This document shows positions 31,229 through 38,680 of a stretch of 64,000 bases of DNA, piece after piece. Numbering within the stretch: the first letter of the stretch is position 1; the number at the start of each line of letters is the position of its first letter. Under the pieces are notes generated by a model. It had not been told where the DNA came from, did not search any database, and was given only the letters and a program-made list of their open reading frames with translations. The stretch is from a virus (Duplodnaviria > Caudoviricetes): IMG/VR virus record IMGVR_UViG_3300025018_000093. One strand, given 5' to 3'. Both the position numbers and the translations under genes were made by a program.

Positions 31229-34200
31229 ATGGCAAACTTTGGCAACGGTGTTTCGCGTACTTTGAACCCAGAGCAGAGACAGTTCCTGGCGACGATCTTT
31301 CAGAAGAACAAGCCGCCATTGGACGCCGAGCTGAATCTGGGTCAGCAGCTCCAGTTTGAGGCCCTCTCGGAGTACGTCCGGTCTCAGGTGCCATCTGGTT
31401 GGCTCCTGGATCCCACACGAAGCTCAGATGACTACCAGACCTCCCCGGAGCAGTCCAACTACTTCATCCTGGGGAATCCTGCCAGCGGCGAAACATCTCC
31501 CGTTGTTTGGGCTGTCGTGAACGGATGGCTCCTTCCGGTTGCGGGGACGGACCTCTCTATCGTAGGGGACCTCCGTAACAAGGTGAACCTCTACCCACCG
31601 CCTGCCTCCGACTCACGGGTGGACTTCGTCTTCCTGGAAGTCTGGCAAGCCTTGATACAGGTGAACCCCAGCGAGACTAACAAGCCTTCGGCGCAAAAAA
31701 TCTGGAAGTACGGCAACGTCGAGTTTGGGCAGTACAACGTAGATGATGATCTTCTGGATGGCACCATTGGTCGCGAGACAACGCGACGGGTTCAGCTCCA
31801 GTACCGGATTCGCGTATTCGGACAGGGTTCCGGTTTGGGCTCTAGTGTTGCTCTCGACGTGTACCCCGATGGGATGGATGACCCCAACATCCTGGGTCAG
31901 GGGACGGCGGACAATCCGGTGACTTCGTTCGTGTTTACCAACATGCGCGAGACGTTGGGGGACTCTTCCCTGTGGCGCGCCGGAAACGGCAACCCGAGTA
32001 ATGCCCTAGGCACCGTGGACGGATACGTCTACGCGATTCCTCTGTGCGGTGTCTTCCGTCGCAATACCCAGACGTTCACCGCAGTCAACCTAAGCGGCAA
32101 CCCAAACAACAACGGTGGTTTCAATCGGAACCCCAGTGCTTCTTTCCTGACAAATCCCCGGGAAGGGGCCAAGACGCTTGCCACCGCCACCCTGACAAAT
32201 GTGTTGACCCCCGGCACCGTAGGCACGGTGCAGGTCAACAACCTGGTAAACTCCGGGATTGATGATCCCAAGCATACCCTGGCCAATGTCTTCTTGATGA
32301 TTGATGATGAGATCATCGACATCGTCAGCGTCAATGCCGCAACGACTCCAGGGACCATTACAATCCCCACGGGGGGTCGTGGTCGAGGGGCTACGCAGAG
32401 CACACGGCACGAGGCCGGAGCCGAAGTGCGCATTTACAGTGTGCGTCCTGATGGTCTGTTCTCGGACCAGATTGCCGCGACAGACATCCTGGACCTTCGC
32501 AGAGCGATCTCCCCAGGAGATTGGGACTATCAACGTCTCCTCTTGCACAATCTTGCAAACCTTGCGCAGAATCGCCTACGCTCCACATGGAAGCAGAGCG
32601 GCTCTGGAGATACCGAGGGGACACTGATTTCAGAGGTGGACCTTCTGCATGCCAATGGGTCGGTTACACCGCTAAACCATACAGAGCCCCTAGACGGGCC
32701 GGATGGGATACGAACGGTTTTCTCGGATGCGGCTGCACTCCAGACGGACGTCACACTCCTACTGGATAACGACGCAGCTCTGGCAGATGGGTACACCACA
32801 GACCAGTTTGATTCCACGGTGTCCTGGGATGTGGGTGTCGACTTCAAGCCCTCGGGGTTTGTCAACAATCTAGGGACTCCTGGGAGTTGGACCAATGGTT
32901 CTGTGATCTTCCTCTATATGGGTGGGGACAGCGGTTCTGAGGGTGCCAGAGCGACGTTCAGAGATGGTGCTACCCGAGCTGTGCGTTTCGTTTCCCCGGT
33001 GGAGTACTGGAAGACGCAACGGCCGGATGACAACACGGGCAACCAGAACCCCTGGTCTTTGCGTTTCCTGGACCAGTATGCGCACCATCCTCTGGCTCCT
33101 GGGGAAACGATTGCGGATGCGGATGCAGAGACAAAACATCCGGGGCCGTACTATCCTCTTCAGTCCGAGAACTTCGAGCGGCCTTTCATTGTGCTGGGAG
33201 GGTTGCTCAAGAGTAGCTACAAGTTCACGAACATCAGCTCCGATCCCGCAGGTGGCCAACCTGGACTGGTGAATGGTGCCGATGGACCTGAGGTTCGGTT
33301 GGGGGTGGACTTCGATCTCGCTGCCACATGGACAACAGAAGACCTTCTAGGTGGGCGGTTTTCCCTGCTGGACTTGTTCTTCGGTGGCAAGGAACTTCGT
33401 GCCTCGAAGCAGGACGCTTTTGGAAATCTCTCCCAAGTCTATCTCATCCTCTATGGGGATACCGCCAATGCCAACAACAATGGAGCTTTCCGTGTTGTTG
33501 GGGGAGGCACGGGCGACTTCACTGAAAGACCTGCCTCGGACTCCGAGAGTCTCCTTCTGGAGCCGTTGGACCCGAACTTCACGACTTTCACCATCGTCCC
33601 AGGTATGACGCTGACGGCAGAACTGCGAAGCATCCATATGACTGTGGATGATGGGACAGGGTTTGCTGCTGTGGACCCTTCCGCTGCCATCGTTCTCACA
33701 GACATCCAGGGGATCTCCGGGGACACCTCCAATCCGTGGAATGAGGACAATTTGGGGTTTGGGTCTGGCTTTGACTACTCCATCCCGGCAGCTGTCTCGT
33801 CAAAGCTTCAGGTCAATTGCACGTTGCTCTACAACCCTGGCCGGGGAGCCACTGCCAGGGTACCTGACACTCTCTGGAGAGCTAGCCTCCTCAGCGCAGG
33901 TCCCACATACCTGCGGCAAGCTATCGGAAGTCGGGACTCCACCTTCGCGGCGGCTTCCGGCGTTCCCACGCAAGAGACGTTCTTCGATATCACGCAGGTC
34001 CAAGTCTGGAATCGCCTTCCGAGCTTGGGGCTCACCGAGAACTCCACACCGAAAGCCCCCAACTTTGGGGGTAACGTAGTGGCCTTCTCGGAGCAAGACA
34101 GGGAGCATGAGTTGTTCATGGATAGGGGGTCGAAGACCATGATCTTCCGCCCCTTCCAGGACAAGTCGATGACTCTGCAGGGAATCACCTCCAACGCATC

Positions 34201-36724
34201 CGCTTGTCTCCTGGGGTCCACAACCTACCCCAGCTCTCTGGTCAAGGATGGAGCCGGGATTTTCACAACAGGGAAGAAGATGGGCTTCCCGATCCCCTCG
34301 GAGTACATGCCTCGGTTCGGTCGGCAGGATATCCCGTACCATGTGGATATCACGGGCAATGGGTCGGGAACATTCCTGGAGGGTATCAACCATCTTTTCA
34401 CGGACTCCGGGGATCCCACGGAACCACAGTTCAACATCGTTGGTGGGGCAGACAACACTTCCGGTGGGAATCTGATCCACCCCATGTATTTCCAGACGGG
34501 TCTCACCTCGGGACATACCTATGGTGTCTACGGGACTATCGCGGGTCCTGGGACCCCGGCATACCAGGCAAGACTGACGTCAGAGATTGGAACGCTGACC
34601 ACCCCCGCAGCGGAGATCACGGCGAGACTGAATGCGGTCCAGTCCTCGGATCTTGGTGCAAGCTTGGTGGGTATCCAGCTCCCGCCGTATCTGGGCATCG
34701 TTCGTCTTTACGGCGTCTATGAGCGCAATGACTTCATTGCGGCTGGGGGCCAGACGTTTAACGCGGACCGCATCACTCCTGTTGCGGACCCACCCCCGAA
34801 CCTTCTCAATGTGGGGGCTTCTCAGCAGACGTTGTTCATCTTCGCGCACGGTGCCAAGGACGTGACTCTGGAAGATGGTGACCATACGTACATCATCCCC
34901 TCGAATGTCATCGACATCACGAAGGCGGGTTCCTATGCACCTGGAACCAAGGACTCGTTTACGGATTTCGAGTACGTGGTCGAGTGCTCTGTGTTTGGGT
35001 TTGCCAAGAACTGGATCAATGAGAACAACTATGTCCTGGCTCGAAAGCACACGGGCGCGGGCGTGCTGCTTGTGGATGGGGCGGACCCCGAGCTGGAATC
35101 TGTTCGGATGACGATCCCCTCTCCTGCAATCCTCAATGACAGGATGTATCTCGGCTACAACCGCACTCCCTACCAGGGTGACCCGTACATGTCCCGAGAG
35201 GGGAATGTGCGCACAGTCACAGACTATGAGCACCGCTATGGGCAAGTGTCTGTGGCGAATGCCTACTTGCTCAACACACCGATTGAGCAGTTCGACGCAG
35301 ACGGGAACTTGCAAGTCGATGTGCCGAATGCCCGCGCCTTGCAGGTGCTGGCAGCCGTCGACTTCTACACCACCTTGGGCACAGGGAAGGTCGGTGGAGT
35401 TCTGTACCCGGGGACGGCATTGGATGTGGGGCACATTCAGGCAGACCCCGTTTCCGCAACGCGGCTTCCGCAGTCGAGTACGCAAGCTCAGTGGGACACC
35501 GTCACCCGAGCCTTTACGGAGGGGCAACGTAGGAATCAAACGCACGCGACCCTCAGCATTGACTTCATTGCGGACTCGGCAACGCTTGTGGGTTGTCTCA
35601 TTCAAGTTTTCCGATTTGGACGCTACAACCCCATCACAGGAGAGGTCCTCAGCAATCCCAGTGTGACCTTCGAGGGTGTCTCCGGTGCTCCAGGTTCCGT
35701 CTCGGAGTTTAGCGTGGGCGCAACCCCTGCGGATGCGGCCCAAAACTTCGTGACAGCCGTGGCGGCGCACCCCACCTTCCTGGGAGTCCTCGGTGGGTTC
35801 ACAAATGGAACGCGGGTTGCCACGTTGATTTCTCTGGTGGCGGGTGCGGTTGGCAACGGGCATCAGGTGCAGATTCGGTACACCGCAAGCGGACATGCCT
35901 ACAGCGAGCTTCAGATCCTCTCGCGAGACAACCCAGGAGAGATCGCTTCCCAGGTGCAGGTCAGTTTGGGGAGCTTCTCGGGTGGGATGGACCTGCTGAC
36001 GAATGCTGGTGACGGTACCTCGCAGCTTCAGCTCACAGGTTTCACTGAGCGTCTTCCCCTGGGGATTCTTCTGCAGGACAGTGACTTCCTGGCAGAGAAC
36101 CCTCTCAACGATAACGCTTCCTCCCTGGGTACGATCCCCGCCAATCTGCGGCCCGTGCAAACGGTTCTTCCGCTCACAACGGGTGGGAATGAGTTCGACC
36201 GTTTCCTGGGAGACCCTGGGGAATTGGTCTCCCTCTCAGATGGCGGCATTCTGCGCTACGAGGCTTACAACGCTTCGACCTCCCCAGCGGGGACCAAGAA
36301 GTTCCGCCTCTTCCGAGGTGGGGGTTCTGTCTTCGTGTTGTCTGGAGAGAACCCCGGTGGTCCGGTGGACTGGGTGAGCGAGAGTTGGCCGGCAGCCTCC
36401 CAGCCAGTACTCAAGGGTGGTGTGCTCACAGGGAAAGCCCTGCTGGTGCGTAACTACATGGAGTCCGTTTTTGCCACGCAGAACACCACAACCGAGGGTG
36501 ACGAAATCCAGATGGTCATCCTGACTTATGGTATCCTGGGTGATGGTCGCAGTCAGCTTGATGGGGTCCAGCTCGACGGCGTCCTCGGGGTGACGGGGTA
36601 CGGTGAGGGGTATGCGGCAGCCGACAGGTACCGCATTGAAGGGAAACCGATGTACTACGGCCACAGTAGGGATGTTCGAGATCCCAACTCCGTGACCCCT
36701 GCTGTGTTCCCAGGGAACAGCTAG
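31229..36724 (+). CDS. Very large virion structural protein (1831 aa), paralogue of 23206-26865
   Basis: Shared conserved blocks with the 23206 protein and one copy of the shared beta-sandwich module. Last gene of the structural run. Confidence 0.65.
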   Translation: MANFGNGVSRTLNPEQRQFLATIFQKNKPPLDAELNLGQQLQFEALSEYVRSQVPSGWLLDPTRSSDDYQTSPEQSNYFILGNPASGETSPVVWAVVNGWLLPVAGTDLSIVGDLRNKVNLYPPPASDSRVDFVFLEVWQALIQVNPSETNKPSAQKIWKYGNVEFGQYNVDDDLLDGTIGRETTRRVQLQYRIRVFGQGSGLGSSVALDVYPDGMDDPNILGQGTADNPVTSFVFTNMRETLGDSSLWRAGNGNPSNALGTVDGYVYAIPLCGVFRRNTQTFTAVNLSGNPNNNGGFNRNPSASFLTNPREGAKTLATATLTNVLTPGTVGTVQVNNLVNSGIDDPKHTLANVFLMIDDEIIDIVSVNAATTPGTITIPTGGRGRGATQSTRHEAGAEVRIYSVRPDGLFSDQIAATDILDLRRAISPGDWDYQRLLLHNLANLAQNRLRSTWKQSGSGDTEGTLISEVDLLHANGSVTPLNHTEPLDGPDGIRTVFSDAAALQTDVTLLLDNDAALADGYTTDQFDSTVSWDVGVDFKPSGFVNNLGTPGSWTNGSVIFLYMGGDSGSEGARATFRDGATRAVRFVSPVEYWKTQRPDDNTGNQNPWSLRFLDQYAHHPLAPGETIADADAETKHPGPYYPLQSENFERPFIVLGGLLKSSYKFTNISSDPAGGQPGLVNGADGPEVRLGVDFDLAATWTTEDLLGGRFSLLDLFFGGKELRASKQDAFGNLSQVYLILYGDTANANNNGAFRVVGGGTGDFTERPASDSESLLLEPLDPNFTTFTIVPGMTLTAELRSIHMTVDDGTGFAAVDPSAAIVLTDIQGISGDTSNPWNEDNLGFGSGFDYSIPAAVSSKLQVNCTLLYNPGRGATARVPDTLWRASLLSAGPTYLRQAIGSRDSTFAAASGVPTQETFFDITQVQVWNRLPSLGLTENSTPKAPNFGGNVVAFSEQDREHELFMDRGSKTMIFRPFQDKSMTLQGITSNASACLLGSTTYPSSLVKDGAGIFTTGKKMGFPIPSEYMPRFGRQDIPYHVDITGNGSGTFLEGINHLFTDSGDPTEPQFNIVGGADNTSGGNLIHPMYFQTGLTSGHTYGVYGTIAGPGTPAYQARLTSEIGTLTTPAAEITARLNAVQSSDLGASLVGIQLPPYLGIVRLYGVYERNDFIAAGGQTFNADRITPVADPPPNLLNVGASQQTLFIFAHGAKDVTLEDGDHTYIIPSNVIDITKAGSYAPGTKDSFTDFEYVVECSVFGFAKNWINENNYVLARKHTGAGVLLVDGADPELESVRMTIPSPAILNDRMYLGYNRTPYQGDPYMSREGNVRTVTDYEHRYGQVSVANAYLLNTPIEQFDADGNLQVDVPNARALQVLAAVDFYTTLGTGKVGGVLYPGTALDVGHIQADPVSATRLPQSSTQAQWDTVTRAFTEGQRRNQTHATLSIDFIADSATLVGCLIQVFRFGRYNPITGEVLSNPSVTFEGVSGAPGSVSEFSVGATPADAAQNFVTAVAAHPTFLGVLGGFTNGTRVATLISLVAGAVGNGHQVQIRYTASGHAYSELQILSRDNPGEIASQVQVSLGSFSGGMDLLTNAGDGTSQLQLTGFTERLPLGILLQDSDFLAENPLNDNASSLGTIPANLRPVQTVLPLTTGGNEFDRFLGDPGELVSLSDGGILRYEAYNASTSPAGTKKFRLFRGGGSVFVLSGENPGGPVDWVSESWPAASQPVLKGGVLTGKALLVRNYMESVFATQNTTTEGDEIQMVILTYGILGDGRSQLDGVQLDGVLGVTGYGEGYAAADRYRIEGKPMYYGHSRDVRDPNSVTPAVFPGNS

Positions 36725-36746
36725 ACTTCGAGCTTTACATATTGAA

Positions 36747-36766
36747 GGGGAGGATCGCTCCTCCCC
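36747..36766 (+). promoter_or_regulatory. Perfect 8-bp hairpin GGGGAGGA-tcgc-TCCTCCCC upstream of the holin-like gene
   Basis: Read directly from the sequence. The stem contains a GGAGG element. Confidence 0.5.
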
Positions 36767-36779
36767 ATTGGGGAATCTC

Positions 36780-37382
36780 ATGCGTAGGGAAGTTCTGTCA
36801 GGTTTGCTCTTTCTTGTGCTTTTCTTTCCTCTCCCGGCCATAGCGGAAGAGGTCCTCTCGGACGTTGTCGAGGACGTAGTCCCCGCAGCTTCCTTGGTCT
36901 CGGATGTCGCTGAGGGGGAAGTAGATCCCTCGGTCTCGGATGTCGCTGCGGAGGAAGCAGCTCCCTCGGTCTCGGATGTCGCTGCGGATGTACCCACGGC
37001 GGCGGAGCCCATCGTAACCGTCGTGCAGCCTGAGACGGAGGCGGAAGTCGAGGAGACGGTGGGGCTTCTGCGAAAGGCTTTCGACGCGGGAACCTGGCCT
37101 GTCGTGGTGGGACTGGTGATCATGCTTCTGGTTTGGGCGGTACGGCGATTTGCCTTGAAGACTATCTCGGAAAAGTGGAAAACAGCGACTCCGTGGGTGG
37201 CTGCGGGTCTCGGTTTGCTCTCCTGCGTCGGGTTAAGCCTGGCTATCGACACGATGCCTTGGTGGAGAGCTTTGCTTGACGGTCTCATTAGCGGTCTACT
37301 TGCCTCTGGTCTGTGGGAGCTGGTCGGAAAGCACATACTCGGAAAGGGGGATACCCCCGCGAGTGATGCCTCCGGGAAGTAA
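36780..37382 (+). CDS. Membrane protein, holin-like, with N-terminal signal/TM segment and acidic repeats
   Basis: N-terminal hydrophobic segment (LSGLLFLVLFFPLPAIA), SDVA repeats, then about three TM helices ending GLLASGLWELVGK. Lies at the end of the structural operon. Start is ATG 36780 or TTG 36768. Confidence 0.5.
   Translation: MRREVLSGLLFLVLFFPLPAIAEEVLSDVVEDVVPAASLVSDVAEGEVDPSVSDVAAEEAAPSVSDVAADVPTAAEPIVTVVQPETEAEVEETVGLLRKAFDAGTWPVVVGLVIMLLVWAVRRFALKTISEKWKTATPWVAAGLGLLSCVGLSLAIDTMPWWRALLDGLISGLLASGLWELVGKHILGKGDTPASDASGK
36896..36984 (+). repeat. Three in-frame repeats, period 36 bp (core GGTCTCGGATGTCGCTG; VSDVA)
   Basis: Core copies start at 36896, 36932 and 36968. Confidence 0.9.
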
Positions 37383-37400
37383 ACACACCCGAGTCATTCC

Positions 37401-37441
37401 CGAAAGCCCTCGAAGATTTTTCGAGGGCTTTCGTCGTTTTT
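37401..37441 (+). terminator. Intrinsic terminator separating the virion and replication modules
   Basis: Perfect 14-bp stem CGAAAGCCCTCGAA / TTCGAGGGCTTTCG with 5-nt loop, followed by TCGTTTTT. Confidence 0.85.
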
Positions 37442-37547
37442 GCTCCAAATTGAGTATGCTCGCAGGGAAGAGTGGTTGCATAGCACCTACCCTTCCCTGC
37501 CGTTGACCCGGTATACTAGCACTGGCTGATTTCCCCGAGGTCTGGAG

Positions 37548-38318
37548 ATGCAGAGAGACAAGCTAATCCGATATGGTGTGCTGACAACGACCTCGGACGT
37601 GGCCCGAGCATTAGACCGTGCCGCAAGTCTTGCCCAGGAGAGTGGCTTCAAGATTGACTTCCAAAGGCCATCTCCTACTGAAGACACTCCACCCTCACTG
37701 TCGATGATTTCCGCTGGAAGGTGCGTTCACATGCGCGCAGTGTTCCCAGAGGACGTGCCCCTCCCCGTACGTCTGGCGAGTCTCTGGTCTGTCGTGGTAC
37801 CTCTCCACTTTACCCCCTGGGATAGAGATCCCCTCCCCTCCGCAACGGAGCACGTCTTTCACTATCTTGGTCCCTGGCAAACGCTCTATGAACGCCTCAT
37901 AGCATCAGGTCTGGGTGAGCATGCTTGGGTCTCTGCTTGCATTGCAGCACAGTGCGACGTGGGTGTCTGGGAGGGAGACCGAGAGGTTGAACGATTTGTG
38001 CAGGCACAGCTTCATCGGATAGGTCAGAATCCGGGACCCGTGGATGGTCGGATTGGAGTGCAGACAGTGGCTGCTATCCAGGCTCTGGGGCGGAAGTTCA
38101 TACAGGATTTGAACCTGCTGGCTGTAGAGCTTGCACAGGAAAAGACAGGTACGCTTACACGAAGCGGCAATCGCTCCTACGGGCATGTGGTCATACCTGA
38201 GCGAGAGCTTTCTGTTGCGGCCTTTGGGAAGGTTCGTGCAACAGGTACAACAAACGGAGTTGCTCTGACCGTGGATGGTCCTGGGAGGATCATCATTGAC
38301 ATTGGAGAGAGCAAATGA
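37548..38318 (+). CDS. Peptidoglycan-binding domain protein, possible degenerate endolysin
   Basis: RFVQAQLHRIGQNPGPVDGRIGVQTVAAIQAL is a PG_binding_1-type helix pair. The N-terminal part has only degenerate M15-peptidase-like spacing. Confidence 0.6.
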   Translation: MQRDKLIRYGVLTTTSDVARALDRAASLAQESGFKIDFQRPSPTEDTPPSLSMISAGRCVHMRAVFPEDVPLPVRLASLWSVVVPLHFTPWDRDPLPSATEHVFHYLGPWQTLYERLIASGLGEHAWVSACIAAQCDVGVWEGDREVERFVQAQLHRIGQNPGPVDGRIGVQTVAAIQALGRKFIQDLNLLAVELAQEKTGTLTRSGNRSYGHVVIPERELSVAAFGKVRATGTTNGVALTVDGPGRIIIDIGESK

Positions 38319-38680
38319 TGGTCTTGTTTCGGTTCTATCTGGAGAGAGCGGGGGATCCGTTCTGGGAAGAAAAGTACAAACGAGGGGAGACGCCCCCAAT
38401 TCCACGGATGGGGGAGAAGGTAGCTCTCGGGGATGAGGTGTACATGGTGGTAGAGACCCCCACACATTACTTTGAGCGCACGCATGAGGTCGCTCTGACG
38501 TTGAAGCCTTTGCATTTGGTAGATGAGAGTGGCGAAGTAGTCGATCCTGCGACCCCTGTCTCCCAAGCACTTCCCCCTTCCACAGGCCCACGCACAGCTG
38601 AGGGTCTGTGTGCCTACTGTGGAGACTCCGAGTGCCCCGGTGGAGAAGAGTGTAACTTCTACGATGGGACTCTGGGATGA
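38315..38680 (+). CDS. Hypothetical protein with C-terminal Cys cluster (121 aa)
   Basis: Overlapping start/stop codons on both sides. CAYCGDSECPGGEEC at the C-terminus. Confidence 0.7.
   Translation: MMVLFRFYLERAGDPFWEEKYKRGETPPIPRMGEKVALGDEVYMVVETPTHYFERTHEVALTLKPLHLVDESGEVVDPATPVSQALPPSTGPRTAEGLCAYCGDSECPGGEECNFYDGTLG

Noticed and set aside
34580-36160. 526-aa minus-strand ORF, plus many shorter antisense or alternate-frame ORFs in the track
   Set aside because: They lie wholly opposite or inside long + strand genes with coherent motifs, have no recognisable domains or SD sites, and are expected shadow ORFs in GC-rich DNA.
7242-36724. Extracellular contractile injection system (eCIS/tailocin) interpretation of the baseplate cluster
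   Set aside because: The cluster is contiguous and co-oriented with a phage-type replisome, TK/TMK and homing elements, so a phage is more parsimonious. Capsid and terminase genes are not in the window, so eCIS is not formally excluded.
13118-36724. Diversity-generating retroelement targeting the fibre genes
   Set aside because: No reverse transcriptase is present and no near-identical template/variable repeat pair differing at adenines was noticed. A self dot-plot would be needed to exclude it fully.
37503-37517. TTGACC ... TATACT as a sigma70 promoter after the terminator
   Set aside because: The two hexamers are only 3 nt apart rather than about 17. TATACT alone could still be a -10 element, but no supporting -35 was found.
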